A stretch of 64,000 nt of DNA from the human T2T-CHM13v2.0 reference genome, Homo sapiens, in the NCBI RefSeq assembly GCF_009914755.1, contig NC_060929.1. The stretch is one strand, 5' to 3'. Below are positions 43,517 through 60,186 of the stretch, piece by piece (the first letter of the stretch is position 1; every line of letters starts with the position of its first letter). A model generated the notes under the pieces. It was not told the DNA's origin, did not search any database, and saw only the letters and a program-made list of their open reading frames with translations. A program made the position numbers and the translations under genes.

Positions 43517-46500
43517 ATATATTTAAGTTGATGGAGAGTATAACAGAGTTAGGCTGCTTATTTTCCACTTTTTGTTATAGAAAATGTCAAAATTATTTTG
43601 ATAAAGGGGAAACACAGCATTATAAACCACCATATAATCTTTGTATTCTGATACTTCCACCTGTTTATCTCCAATTCTAGATAATTTTGAAACCCATCTT
43701 TGATAACTGACTTCAGAAGTCACACTGTTATCTGCTACTTGGTGCTGTAGTAAGAAACTGAATTATTTCTGAGGAGGGAAAATACAAAATTTATTTTCTT
43801 TAAAAAATATTGATCTGTCAAGAATAATGAAAATTCAAAGAAAAAATAAGGCAGAGAACAACAAAAAGATAAATAATTATCTCAGAATAAACCAATATTT
43901 AGAATCTGAATCACGGGTAGGCATAAAATAGTCATGGTTTTGTGCTAAATAATTAGTGAAGTGAATTCACTTATAGAAAAGAAACATTGTCCTCTTGACG
44001 AGCAATCTAACAAAACTTCATAAAGGTGGGAGAAATTTAGAAAATAAAAAAATGTAAAAACAATAAAATTTGAAGGTCTCTTTCTAGATTCTCATTCAAT
44101 TCTCTACTGTTTTAGGCCAAACATGTAGCCTTTCCAGAATCAGGGCATTTACTGTGAATAGAACACCTGCTTCCCTTTGATGTGTATCTAGTGACTTTCT
44201 GACACAAAATGTCTGATGGAGGTAGATATGCCTCCTTTTACATCAGTGTGTAGCAGGGAGTGTCAAGGTCTTTGACACATTGTAGTATTCAGCATCATTC
44301 CTTAATGTCCTCAACAACTTTTATTTTCCAAAGTTCACCTCACAGAATTTTTTTTTGCCATTGATTCTTGACTGACTGTTTATTTATGACTTGTTTTTTA
44401 ACTTTATAAATTATGCAATTATCCCCAGTTTTTAATTTTTGAACTTTTTTTCTTTCTACTTTTGTAACTTCAGAAGCATATGTGACCATCAAGCTTAATC
44501 ACTATGACTCTGTCTCAACCTACAGAATGAAAATAAATAATGTCCACAGAAGCGAAGCATTACTTTATAAATTGTGATTACAAAAGACAAGTTTCTGGGC
44601 ACTGTGCTGAGCAATAGTGTTCAGATATTATAAAGTTGTATATTTTGGGAGGTTTATTTATCTGACAGCATTTAACGGCAAACTTTCCTATGGTTGTTAA
44701 GAATGAGAGTGCAGCCAATATGACCAGGAATATCTAATCTTTTAAATACATTTAACTGGAAGGCAGGATACAGGGGGAAGAAAATATAATAATTAAACAA
44801 TGGTTTATTCATGCAGTAGAATCTAGTCAGCATTTGTCATGAATGAACTAGAGAGGGAACTAGACTTGATCGTCAGTTAGAAAATATATCAATATACAGA
44901 ATATTGAGTGAAGCCAAGGAAAGTACCAAATGATATAGTGTATTAATGCTATGTATATAAAAATTAAGATACACACAAAATGATTCACATATTATATCAT
45001 ATATCATATTATAAATATATAGTTTATGTACATTAGATATACATAAGTATTACATATTCACATATTACACATGTGTGTATAAACACACACACACATATAT
45101 GTAAGTTTAAAAGTGCATGGTGATAAGAATGGCAGAAATTTTTTACAAGATATGTATCTGATAAGTGACTCATAGCCAAAATACATAAAGAACACTTGTA
45201 ACTCAACAAAAAGACAAATAAGCAAATTTTAAAATGAGCAGTGGATTTGAATAGACCTTTCTCCAAGGAAGATAAACAATGGCCAATAAATACATGAAAG
45301 AATGTTCAGCATCATCACTCATGAGTTAAATGCAAATCAAAACCACAGTGAAACTTCACACCCACTAGGATTTGGAGAAATTAGAACCCTTATGTATTGC
45401 TAGGGGGAATAAAATGTGGTGCAGCTACTTTGTAAAACAGATAACTCCACAAAATATTAAATTTAGAGTTTGATGTCACAATTCCATTTCTAGGTATGTA
45501 CAGAAGAGAAATAAAAATATGTCTACACAAAAATGTATAAATGAATGCTCATAGCAACATTTTTCATAACAGTCAAAAAGTGGAAATAACCGAAATGTTC
45601 ATTAAATGATGAACTAATTAAATCAATATAGTGCAAATCAATATAGTGCAACATTATTAGGCAATAAAAAGAAATGGATTACTGATCAATACTACAAGAT
45701 GAATGAACATTGTAAATATACTAAATAAATGTAGTTAGTCCCAAAAGACCACATATTGTATAATTTCATTTACATCAAATGTCCAGGATAGGCAAGTATA
45801 TAGAGACAGAAAATAGATTATTGGTTGCCAAGGGCTGATAGTGTTTGAGAGGAATAGGAAGTAACCACTAATGACACAGATTTCTTTTGGGGGGAGGGGG
45901 TGCTGCTGCTATAGTTTTGTTTGTTTGACTCTTCTAAATCTCCTCTTGGAGGTGGGGCTTAAAGAGAGGTGTTTGCATCCTGGAGGCAGATCCCTTATGA
46001 ATAGATTAATGCCCTCCCTTGGGGGTGAGTGGGTTCTCACTATTATTTCCCACCAGGGAAGGCTGTTAAAAACAACAAAAAATCCAGACTGGCACCTCCT
46101 CCCTTTTGCTTGCTTTCTCTCTTACCATATACATGCTTGCACATGTCAAGTCCCCTTTGCCTTCTATCATGAGCAGAATCATGAGCCAAATGAACCTCTT
46201 TCCTTTATAAATTACCCAGTCTTGGGTATTTCTTCATAGCAACACAAACAGGCTAAGACAGGAAATTAGTACTGAGAGTTTGGTGTTGCTATAAAAATAC
46301 CCCAAAAATGTGAGAATGGCTTTGGAACTGGGTAATGGGCAAAGGTTGGAAGAGTTTCCAGGGCTCAGGAGACAAAAAGACAAGGGAAGTTTGGAACTTC
46401 TTACAGACTGAAGAATAGATGGTTGTAACCAAAATGCTGACACAAATGTAGACAGTAAAGGCCATACCGACAAGGTCTCAGATGGAAATGAGGAACTTAT

Positions 46501-47598
46501 TTGGAAGTGGAGCATAGGCCATCCTTGTTACATTGTGGCAAAGTACTTGTCTGTATTGTGTCCATACCTGAGGGCTCTGTGGAAGACCAACCTTAAAAGT
46601 GATGACCTAGGGCATCTGGTGGAAAAATTTTCTAAGCAGCGAAGTCTTCAAGAAGCGAAGTGGCTGGGAGATGGAAGAAGATGGCAGAATAGAAAGCTCC
46701 ACTGATCATCCCCTCCAACAAGGGCACAAAGTTAACAACTATCCACCAATCAAAAAACACCTTAATAAGAGCCAAAATTCAGATGAGCCCTCATAGTACC
46801 TGTTTTTAACTTCATATAGCTGAAAGAAGCACTGAAGAAATAGATAAAACATTTCTGAATTGCTGACACCACCTTCACCTCCCAAGCAGCAGCAGTGTGC
46901 TGCGGAGAGCATCTCTGGGCACTGGGGGAAGAAGAACACGGGAATTGTGAGGCACTGAACTCAGTACTGCCCTGTTAAAGCAGAAATGAAAACCAGACCA
47001 AACTCAGCTGATGCTGGTCCATGGAGGGAACATTTAAACCAGCCCTAGCCAAAGGAAAATTACCACTCCCAGCAGGCGGAAACTGAGTTCCTGCGAACTT
47101 TGTCACACAACCGAGGGCTACAGCACTCTCTGTCTCCAAGTAAACTTAAAGGTAGTCTAGGACATTGGGACTGCAACTCTTTCGAGAGTCCTAGTGCTGA
47201 ACTAGGCCCAGAAACGGTAAAATGCCGAGGGCATGGGACATGCTGACACACCAGTCTGGAGGCCAAGAGAGAGTGCTGGAATTACCACTATCCTAACTCC
47301 AGGCTGCACAGCTCACAACTCCAAAAGACGCCCCTTCCTTCTGACTGAGGAGGGGAAAGGGAAAAGTGGGGAGGACTTTGTCTTACATCTAGAATACTGG
47401 CTCACCCACAGTAGGATAGGATACCATTCAGAGTTGTGAGGCACCTATTTCAGGCCCTAGCTCCCAGATGACATTTCTACACAAAACCTGGGCCAGAAGA
47501 GAATGCATTACCTTGAAAAAAAGATCCATTCCTGGCAGCATTCATCACCCACTAACTGAAGAGGCGGTGGGCTCTTAATAAACAGCAGTGATACCCAG

Positions 47599-47956
47599 CG
47601 TAGTAGTCCGTTTTCACACTGCTGATAAAGACATACCCAAGACTGGGCAATTTACAAAAGAAAGAGGTTTAATTGGACTCACAGTTCCATGTGGCTGGGG
47701 AAACCTCACAATCATGGCGAAAGGCAAGGAGGAGCAAGTCACATCTTACATGGATGGTACAAGGCAAAAAGAGCTTGTGCAGGGAGACTCCCATTTTTCA
47801 AAACCACCAGATCTTGTGCATGAGACTTATTCACTAGCATGAGAACAGCATGGGAAAGACCTGCCCCCATGATTAAATTACCTCCCACTGGGTCTCTCCC
47901 ACAACATATGGGAATTCAAGATGAGATTTGGATGGGAACACAGCCAAACCATATCA
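47599..47956 (-). mobile_element. THE1B-like solo LTR inside the L1MA 5'UTR
   Basis: 'tagtccgttttcacactgctgataaagacatacc...cagccaaaccatatca'; TSD cccag/cccgg. Confidence 0.92.
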
Positions 47957-50900
47957 CCCGGCTACTACATCAAGGGCATTGGGTGAGTCAGTGAGACTTG
48001 ATGGCTTCAGGTGAGACTCAGCACATTCCTAGCTATGGTGGCTATGGGGCAAAACTCCTTCTGCTTGAGAAAAGCAGAGGGAAATGTAAAAGGGACTTTG
48101 TCTTACACCTTAGGTACCAGCACAGCCACAGTGGGTAGTGCACCAAGTGGGCTCTTGGGGTCCCTGATTCCAGGACTTGATTCTTGGATGGCATTTCTGG
48201 ACCTGCCCTGGCCAGAGGGGAGCCCACTGCCCTGAATGGTGAATTCTAGGCCAGGCAGCATTCACCGCAAGCTGACTGAAGAGACCTTGGGCCTTAAGGG
48301 AACATTGATGATAGTCTGGCAGTATTCCTGGTGGCCTGGGGTGATGGTGGCTATGGGGTGAGGCTCCTCTGCCTTTGGAAAGGGGACAGAAAAGTGGCAA
48401 GGTCTACATCTTGTGATTTGAGTGGCAGCTCTTGTGGTTTAAGTGGCAGCTCAACTGCAATACAATAGAACGCCAGGTAGACTTCTAAGGTTTTTGACTC
48501 TAGACCCTGACTTCCGATGGGACTTCTGGACCTGATTATGGCCTAGAAGAGTTCACTGTCCTGAAGGGAGAGACATAGGCCTGGCTGGCTTTGCCACATG
48601 TTGATTGTAGAGTCCCAGGGCCTTGAACAAACATAGGCAGTAGCCAGGGAGTGGAGACAACATGCCTTGGGTGAGACCCAGTGCTGTACTGGTTTCAGGT
48701 AACACAGCACAGTCATAGTGGTGGTGGCCACAGCAGTGTTTGTGTCACTCCACACCATAGCTTGAGATGGCTCAGAGCAGAAAGAGAGAGAGACTTGGTA
48801 TGTTTAAGAGAGAGTAAGAGAAGACAAGAGTCTCTGCCTGGTAATCCAGAGAATTCTAATGGATTTTGTCCAAAACCAACACAGTGTACCTCTACAAGTC
48901 TGCAAGAACCACAGCATAGCTGGGATGGGGGTTCTCTCTAAAGAAGATAGAGCTTAGAACACAATACCTAAGTCCTCTCAAATATCTGGAAACCTTCCCC
49001 AAGCAGGACTGCTACCAATAAGCTCAGATAGTGAAGAGTACAATAAATACCTCACTCTTCAATGCCCAGACACCAAATAATATCTACTAGCATGAATACC
49101 ATCCAGGAAAGCATGACCTTGCAATATGAACTTAGTAAGGCACCAGGGACCAATACTGGAGAAACAGAAATATGTGTCCTTTCAGACAGAGAATTCTAAA
49201 TAGCAGTTTTGAGGAAACTCAAAGAAATTTAAGATAGCAAATAGAAAAAAATCAGGATTTTATCAGATACATTGAACAAAGAGATTGAAATAATTAAAAA
49301 GAATCAAGACGAAATTCTGGAGCTGAAAAATGGAATGTATACTGAAGAATGCATGAGAGTCCTTGAATAGCATAATGGATCAAGCAGAAGAAAGAATTAG
49401 TAAGCCTGAAGACATAGTCAGAGGAGACAAACGAAAAAAAAAATACACAGAGGAGACAAAAGAAAAAATAAAAAACAATGAAACATGCCTACAGGATCTA
49501 TAAAATAGCCTTGAAAGGGCAAATCTATGCATTATTGGCCTTAAAAAGGAGATAGAGAAAGTGATAGAAGTAGAAAGTTTATTCAAAGGGATAATAACAG
49601 AGATCTTCCCAAACCTAGAGAAAGATATCAATATCCAAGTACAAGAAGATTATAGAACACCAAGCAGATTTAAGCCAAAAAGACTACATCAAGGCATTTG
49701 ATAATCAAACCCCTAAAGGTCAAGCATAAAGAAAGGATTCTAAAAGCAGCAAGACAAGAGAAACAAATAACACATAATGGAGCTCCAACATGTTTGGGTG
49801 AGACTTTTCAGTGGAAACATTGGAGGCCAGGAGAGGGTGACATGACATATTTAAAATGCTCAAGGAAAAAATCTTTTATATTAGAATGGTATATCCAATG
49901 AAAATACTTTTGAAACACAAAGAAATAAACAGCGTTCCAGACAAACAAAACCTGAGGGAATTCACTGATATCAGGGCTGTCCTATAAGAAATGATCAAGG
50001 AAGTACTTCAGTCAGAGAGAAAAGGACATTAATAAGCAATAAATAATCACCCTAAGGTGCACAATTTACTGTAAGTACACAGGAAAACACAGAATATTAT
50101 AATACGGTAACTGTGATGTGTCAACTACTCTAATCTTATGTAGAAAGATTAAATGATGAACCAATTAAAACTAATAAATACAACAACTTTTCAATATGTA
50201 GCTAATACAATGAGATATAAATAAAGAAAAATGAAAAGTTAAAAAGCTGGGAGATAACATTAAGGCATTGACTTTTATTAGTTAATGTTTTGCTTGTTTG
50301 TTTGTTAGTTAATGTTAATGCAAACAGTTTTCAATTGTTAAAATAATGGCTTATAAAATAGCATTTGCAAGCCTTATGGTAACCTCAAACCAAAAAATGT
50401 ACAATCATTACACAAAAAATAAAAAGCAAGATACTGAATCATATCACTAGAGAAAATAACCTTAACTGCAAGAAGACTGGAAGGAATGGAAAAAAAGAAG
50501 ATGATACCAGAAAACAAATAAAAAAATAGCAGGAGTACATTCTTTCTTATCAATAATAATATTGAATGTAAATGGAATAAACTTTCCAATCAAAAGATGT
50601 AGACTGGCTAAATGGATGAAAAAATAAGACCCATTGACCTGTTGCCTCCAAGAAACACACTTCACCTATAAAGACACACAGACTGAAAATAAACAGATGG
50701 AAAAAGATATTTTATGCCAATTGAAACAAACAAACAAAAAGCAGGAGCTGCTATAATTATAGCAGACAAAATAGATTTCAAGACAAATACTATATGAAGA
50801 GATAAACAAGTCACTATATAATGATAAAGGGGTCAATTTAGAAGAAGATATAACAATTTGAAACATATACTCACTAAACACTGCAGCACCCAGACACATA

Positions 50901-51450
50901 ACGAAAATACTATTATAGCTAATGAGAGAGATAGGCTCCAATACAATAATAGCTGGAGACTTCAACACCCCATTTTCAGCATTGGACTGATCTTCCAGAA
51001 AGAAAATCAACAAAGAAACATCGGACTTAATCTGCACTACAGGCCAAATGAATCTAATAGATATTTACAGAGCATGTTGTCCAAGAGCTATAGAATACAC
51101 ATTCATTTCCTCAGCATGTGGATTGTTCTTAAGGATAGACCATATGTTAGGACACAAAACAAGTCTTAAAACATTCAAAAGAAATTGAAATAATATCAAG
51201 CATCTTCTCTGACCACAATGGAATAAAACTAGAAAGTAATAACAAGAAGAATTTTGGAAGCTATACAAATACATGAAAATTAAACAATATGCTTCTGAAT
51301 GATCAGTGGATCAATGAAGAAATTAAGAAGGAAATTGAAAATTTTCTTAAAACAAATGGTAATGGAAACAACATGCCAAAACCTATGGGATACAGCAAAA
51401 ACAGTACTAAGAGGGAATATTATACCTATAAGTACCTATATCAAAAATAA

Positions 51451-52144
<694 letters not shown>

Positions 52145-55100
52145 CAATTTAACTATACATCTTAAAGAAAAGCAAGAGCAAACCAAACTCCAAGTTAGAA
52201 GAAGAAAAAAATGAAGATCAGAGCAGAAATAAATGCAATTGAAATGAAAAAAATACACAAGATCAATGAAACAAACAGTTGGTTTTTTGAAAAATTAAAC
52301 AAAATTGACAAAACTTTAGCCAGACTGAGAAAAAAAGGAGAAGATCCAAACCAATAAAATAAAAAATGAACAATAAGACATTAAAACTGATGCAGCAGAA
52401 ATTCAAAAGGTCCTTAGTGGCTACTAAGGGCAACTATATGCCAATAAATTTGAACATCTAGAAAAAATAGGTACATTTCTAGATGCATGTAACCTACCAA
52501 GATTGAACCAGGAAAATCCAAAAGCTGAACAGACCAGTAACAAGTAATGAGATAGAAGCCATTATAAAAAGTCTTCCACTAAAGAAAAGCCTGGGACTTG
52601 ATGGTTTCACTGCTGAATTCTACCAAACATTTGAAGAACTAATATCAATCCTACTCAAACTATTCTGAAAAATAGAGGATGAGGGAACACTTCCAAACTC
52701 ATTCTACAAGGCCTGTATTACCCTGATGCAAAACCAGAAAAGGATATATCAAAAAAAGAGAAAAATACCGGCCAATATGTCTGATCACTATTGATATAAA
52801 AATACTCAACAAAATACTAGCAAACCAAATTCAACAATACATTAGAAAGATTATTCATCACGACCAAGTGGGATTTATCCCTGTGATGCAAGGGTGGTTC
52901 AACATATGCAAATCAATCAATGTAATACATCACATCAACAGAATGAAGAATAAATACCATGTGATCATTTTAATTGATGCTGAAAAAGCATTTGATAAAA
53001 TTCAACATCCCTTCATGATAAAAACCCTCAAAAAACTGGGGATACAAGAAAGTTACCTCAATATAATAAAAGACAGATAGGATAGACTCATAGCTAGTAT
53101 CATACTGAATGGGGAAAAACTGAAAGCCTTTCTTCTAAGATTTGGAACATGAGAAGGATGCCCACAGTCACTACTGTTATTCAACATAGTACTCAAAGTC
53201 CTAGCTACAGCAATCAAACAATAGAAGTAAATAAATTGTATCCAATGTGGAAAAGAAGAAGCTAAATTATTTCTTCTTCCTAGAAGAAAACCTAGAAAGA
53301 AATTCACCCACCTACAGTAGCCTTATTTTTGACAAAGGTCTCCAGAACATACACTGGAAAAATGACAATCTCTTCAATAAATGTGCTAGGAAAACTGGAT
53401 ATCCGTATGTAACAGAATGAAACTAGACCCGTATCTCTCCCCATTTACACAAATCAAATAAAAATGGATTAAATTTTAAATCTAAGACTTGAATCTATGT
53501 AACTACTACAAGAAAACGTTGGGGGAAAATCTCTAGAAAATTGCAAAAATTTATTAAACAATACCCCACAAACGCAGACAACCATAGCAAAAATGGACAA
53601 ATGGGATAACATCAATTTAAAAAGCTTCTGCACAGAAAAGGATACAATCAGCATAGTGAAGAGACAATCCACGGAACGGGAGAAAATATTTGCAAACTAC
53701 CCGTCTGACAAGGGATTTATAACCAGAATATACAAGTACTCAAACAACCCTATAAGAAAAAAATATAATAATTCAATCAAAAATGGGCTAAGATTTGACT
53801 AGACATTTCTCAAAAAAAGACATACAAAGGGCAAACAGGCATATGAAAAGCTGCTCAACATCACTGACCATCAGAGAAATGCAAATCAAAGCTACAGTGA
53901 GAGATCATCTTAGCCCAGATAAAATGGCTTATATTCAAAACACAGGCAATAAAAAATGCTGGTGTGGACGTGGAGAAAAGGAAACCCTCGTACACTATTA
54001 GTGGAAATGTAGTAGTACACCATTATGGAGAACAGTTTGGAGGTTCCTCAAAAAGCTAAACATTGAGCTACCAAAAGAGCCAGCAATCCCACTGCTGGCT
54101 ATATGCTCAAAAGAAAGGAAATCACTATATTGAAGAGATAACTGCACTCCCATATTTGTTGCAGCATTCTTTGCAACAGCTAAGATTTGGAAGCAACCTA
54201 AGTTTCCATCAACAGATGAATGGATAAAAAAAATGTGGTACATATACAAAATGGAGTACTATTCAGCCATAAAAAAATTAGATGCAATTTTTTGCAACAA
54301 CATGGACAGGACTGGAGATCATTCTGTTAATTGAAATAAGTCAGACACAGTAAGACAGATGTTGCCATGTTCTCACTTATGTGTGGGATTTAAATATCAA
54401 AACAATTGAACTAATGGGCATAGAGAGTAGAATGATGGTTACTGGAGGCTTGGAAGGGTAGTGAGAGCCTAGCAGTGGGGCCGAGATAGGGTTGGTTAAC
54501 AGGTGCAAAAAAAATTAGAAGGAATGAATAAGATCTACTATTTGGTAGCACAATAGGATGACTATAGTCAATAATAACTTAATTGTACACTTTAAAATAA
54601 AGAGGGCAATTGAGTTATTTGCAATACAAAGGGTAAATGCTTGAGGGGATGAATACCCCATTCTCCACGTTGTGCTTGTTTCCCATTGCATACCTGTATC
54701 AAAACATCTCATGTACCCCATAAATATATACATCTACTATGTATGCACAAAATTTTTTTTAAAAAAGTGAAATGGCTGCATTTAACAGCTCATGGTAATA
54801 TATGGCAGCAATGGAATGGCCCAGAAATGGAATTTATAATTGAAAAACAGTGGAGCACAAAAATTGGAAAAATCTGCAGCCTGGCCATGTGTTAAAGGAA
54901 GAAAGACAATTTTCAAGAGATGAATCCAAGGATACTGTGGAGTAGGAGTTACCACTTGCTAAAGAGATTAGCATGACTTAAAGGGAGCTGAGTGCTAATA
55001 GTCAAAACAATGTTGAAAAGTCCCCAGTGACACTTCAGAAATCTTCAAGACTGCCCCCTCCTCCTCTCCTATCTAGACTCTGAGGCCTCGGAGGACGGAA

Positions 55101-57468
55101 TAGTTTCAGGGGATGGGCCTGAGTTGCCATTGCCCTGTGCTGTCTTAGGATATTGCTCCCCACATCCTGGATGGTCTGGCTCCAGATGTGACTCAAGGAG
55201 CCCAAGTACTACTGCTCAGGCTGTTTCTCAGGGCAGAGCAAGCAGCAATCTTTAGTGGTGTCCATATGGTGGTAAGTCTGCAGGCAACCAGGATGCAAAA
55301 GCCTTGGAGGCTTAGCAGCTTAGAGGATGTATTAGAAAGCCTGAGTGTCCAAGCAAGAATGTGCCATAGGGGTGGGGCCAACACAAAGAGTAACCACCTG
55401 GAAAGTGTCTAGTGTGGTGTTGGAACAGGATCTCTGCTGTTCAGACCCCAAAATTATACTGCCAGTGGAAGCATGCAACCTCTGCCTAGAAAAGCTATAG
55501 GCATTTAACTCCAACCCATGAGAGAAGCCACAAGGGCTGTACCCAGCAAAGCTATGAAGGTACGGGTCCCTGAGGCTTTGGGAGCTCATTCCTCACACCA
55601 TTGTGCCCAGGATGCTGGACATGGAGTAAAGAGAGATTTGCAAGCTTTGAGATTTTAGATCTGCCCTGTTGTGTTTTGGACTTGCATGGGGCCTGTTACC
55701 ACTTTCTTTTGGTTGATTTCTCGCTTTCAAGATGGGAATGTTTATCCAATGCCTGTACCACCATGGTACCTTAGAAGTATCTAATTTGTTTTTTATTTTA
55801 CAGGCTCATAGCTGAAAGAGACTTACCTTGAGTCTCAGGTGAGACTTTGGATATTTGAGTTGGTGCTGGAAAAAGTTAAGAGTTTTGGGGATTATTGGCA
55901 TGAGGCAATTGTATTTTACATGTGAGAATGGCAGAAAATTTTGGGGACCGGGGTGGAATGCTCTAGTTTGGTTTGTTTGAGCCCTTCAAATCTTATGTTG
56001 AAATTTGATCCTCAATGTTGGAAGTAGGGCTTGATGGGTGGTATTTGTGTCATGGGGGCAGATCCTCATGAATAGATTAACGCCCTCCCTTGGGAATGAG
56101 TGAGTTCTTACTACTAGTTACCATCAGAGCTGGTTGTTAAAAAGAGACTAGTATCTCCCCCTTTCCCCACTTATTTTTTCCTCTCTCACCCTGTGAGCTC
56201 TGCATATGCCAGCTCCCTTTTGCCTTCCTCCATGAATGAAAGTAGTCCAAGGCTTTCACCAGATACCCAGTGTTTCAGCCTGCAGAATTATAAGCCAAAT
56301 AAACCTCCTTTCTTTACAAATTACCCAGCCTCAGGTATTCTTTTATAGCAATACAAATGGACTAAGACAGGAGTCAACCACATTCTAACATTCCATTGTA
56401 GTGATGGTTACATACCCTGTGAACAGTGGATTATATGGCATGTGGATTATACCTTAATAAAATAGTTTTTAAAAATACATCAGGATAATATATACTACCT
56501 TTGGAGTCACAGCTAGATTAAACAGAGAGTAGAAAAAGATGCAAATACTTTTTATTTACATGTACAACTTTATTTCTTTTTAATGCACAATGTTGAAAGT
56601 TATTAAATATTGAGTTTTTGATACATGGTATCAAGTTATAATATTTTTGCCCTTTTATAAGTTTTAAATAGTTCACATTAAAATTTTAAAACACATATTT
56701 GAAAAACAGTTACTGTCACATGAATGTTATTTATTATTCATAATTCTCTTAGGTCTGAGTTATTATGTCATTTTTATATACAACGGAATTGAGGTTGGAG
56801 GGAGCTTGAGTTCAGTAAAGTTACATAAGTGGTGATAACAAGATTTGAACCTAGATCCCTTTAAATTATCCTCCTCCCATCATGCCGTACTACTTAGTCA
56901 TCTGCCTAACAAAGCAATTTTAGAAAGAAATATTAAAGTAAAATTTCCATTAGTATTTAACTTTAAAAATATTTTATTTTGACATCACTTATACTCAACT
57001 CCTTTCGGTTTATCTTCAACCTTCCAAATGGCTTGGCATCAAAACACCTCTGGCTGTTTGCCTGGCAGGATTTTAATGATCTCTTTAACCTTCTCAGGGG
57101 TAGTTGTTAAACCTCCCACTTCTCATGGTAAACGGTGATGGCTTGTCAACATCTCCTTTCGCTTTAATGCTGAAATACTCCAGCACATATCTCATCTTTT
57201 TGCTTCTGTGTCTTCAGGTTTTTAATGAAAATATACTTTTATAGCATGGTGAGGTCAACTAGCCTTGCTTCAACTTGTTTACAAGTCTCTAAGCCTATAA
57301 TTCCCAACTTAAACTCAGATTAGAATTATCTACAGAATTTAAAAAATACTAATTCCCTAGAAATACTGATTTTTAAACATTCTTGCCTATTTTTAAATGT
57401 TTACTATCTACAATTTTAAAGTTTCTCTTACTCTACAATTTTCTCCTCCAACCCGTTATTTCCTTATA

Positions 57469-57625
57469 CAGATGTTTCTCAACTTACAGTGGGGTTACAT
57501 CCCTTTACAAACCTCTCATAAATTGAAAATATCATAAATTGAAAATGCATTTAATACCCTCCCAATAAACCCATATTAACATTGAAAACCCGTAAGTCAA
57601 ACCATAGTAAGTCAGAAATCATCTG
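57469..57625. mobile_element. Tigger4/Zombi-type TcMar MITE
   Basis: TA-flanked terminal inverted repeats 'cagatgtttctcaacttac' ... 'gtaagtcagaaatcatctg'. Confidence 0.8.
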
Positions 57626-59046
57626 TAATTAATCTGTTAAAGATCCAGGCCATTTGATCTGTTGAGTTTTTCATAGTTTAGATTTTGCTGATTGCATTCC
57701 CATGGTATAGTTCAGCATGTTCTTCTGTTCTCTGCATTCCCTATAAGTTGGAAGCTGGTTGCAGAGGCTTGATTGCACTCAAGTTTGTTCTTTAACAACC
57801 TTCTAGGGGGTATTACATTCTTACACCAGGATATATTTGTTTGTTTCCCTTTCTGTAATGGTATCATCTATTGATGCTCACTATATAGAAGTATTAATTC
57901 ATTAAAGCTTGCAAAGTGGTGATATTTTAATTCCATAATTTCTTTTTTACTTATGAATTGGAACAAATTATATAAAGAAATAATTGTCCCTATCTACTAT
58001 TTGAAAGCGTAAATGTTTGACTCTTTTTCTGTATTTACCTGTTTTCTAGGTAATTATTTCTTATCATCTTTGGAAATGACCAGTTTTTAGTTTTAAAATG
58101 TTATCATTGAATTCATGTACTTAAACATACTTGATGTGTTTTGATCCATTGCATTTAGTATTCTTATAAAGCTAAATTGTACCATATTTGGTCAGTGGAA
58201 GCCTCTTCATTTTAGCTTCTATGGTCCTTTGATATGAGTAGTAGTGTTTGAGAGCTTTCATGTTATCTAGTATGAAAGATGATGCAAACTCATCTTGCAC
58301 ATTTCCTACCAAAGACATGGACTCATTAATTTATTCAAGACATCTTTGTCTATTTTAGTGGAAAATAATATTACCAGGTCACAATCTGGGGATGATGGAT
58401 GCTACTAGATTTATTATTATTTCTAGGCCTTTTTAGTAGTGGCAAGAACTGTAATATGTAAACAAATACACATATTATTTAAAAATATAACACTTCATAA
58501 GTTTATATTTACCCTTTTAATTACAATACACACCAATAGGAATTTAATGTAACTTTTTCTGTATTATAATTATATTTCTATAGACAAGGTATAATAGAAT
58601 GAAAATATTCCATAGTTACTAATTTGCTTTAATCGTATAAGACCAAATACTACAGGAAAATACTGTTTTTACTCAAGTATGATCATGAAAGATAGTTATT
58701 TTTATCATATGATATCTACTTTTCCCATATTTTTAATAAATATACTATATTATTATTAACAAAGAATATAGTCATTAAATACCACATATATTCATTTTAA
58801 CATTTATTTAACCTTCATTCCACAACTGTTTCCTTTTGCTGATAATAAGTCCTTATGTCAATGTCTACATAGTCATTTTGGTGATCAAGTTCATTCTCTA
58901 CTAGATTCTTTAGGGCATGCTCATGGGAACATAGTTCTCTGATTCCTCCATGTTGACTACAGATTCCCTTTATCCTCTCTACCTAAAAGTTCATTTTGCT
59001 AGATATAAAATACTTGGCCACATTTTCTTTTGCGTTACTTACATAA

Positions 59047-59396
<350 letters not shown>

Positions 59397-60048
59397 GATA
59401 AAAGATATTCTTAAAAAAAAGTATCCTAATTTTTATTGCAGGAAAGTATCCTTGAATAAGAGGGGTTTTTGGCTTTTAAAAACTCCTTTGCTTATATTTT
59501 CCTTTTCAGGAACTCCTATGGCCCATATGTTGGATCTTCTTTGTCTAGCTTCAATCTGAATTTCTTTCCAATCTTTTTTCTCTTTTTCATCAATTCATTT
59601 TAAATTTTACACATTCCTCCTTCTTAATTTCCATTTATCTTAAGATATAATGTTTTAGGTTTATTTGTTTTTGTGTTCCTTCTAATTTAGTTTTCTTTTC
59701 TGAAACTATTTTTTCCTCTTATTTCTAATTCTTTGCTATACTCTGGGATCAGATTTCTCTTTTTCTCTAACTTTGGTTCATGTTGCTCTTTTGTGTTTTA
59801 TATTATTTTCTTCATATATCTCTACATCACATTAAAATAATATGCTACAGTTTTAATCTGTTTATGGTCATTTTTCTGGCATACTTTTATTATCTCTATA
59901 GATGCAATTTGGTATTTATTATTTTTTGTTAAAATAACTTTAAGTAAATTTGACCTCCATAGCTTTTTGTTGGTCATTTTTATGTGAAATTGGTATTCCT
60001 GAATTCTTAAAAGGAAGTGGTATATCTTTTTCAAGTTCAATATTCCTT

Positions 60049-60114
60049 CTCTCTCTCTCTTTCTCTGCATGTGTATGTGTGTGTGTATGTTTGTGTATAT
60101 GTATCTATTATCTG

Positions 60115-60167
<53 letters not shown>

Positions 60168-60186
60168 ATCTATCTATCTTCTATCA
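60049..60186. repeat. Compound STR with a perfect (ATCT)11 core at 60121-60164
   Basis: Seen directly; preceded by (CT)n and (TG)n-like tracts. Confidence 0.95.

Noticed and set aside
47300-48460. Recurring ~250-bp units and a 21-bp tandem repeat at 48409-48452
   Set aside because: They fall in the L1MA 5'UTR, where internal repetition is expected.
57080-57255. Two ~30-nt plus-strand micro-exon candidates
   Set aside because: The acceptors look reasonable but the donors are mediocre and there is no coherent frame; within chance expectation.
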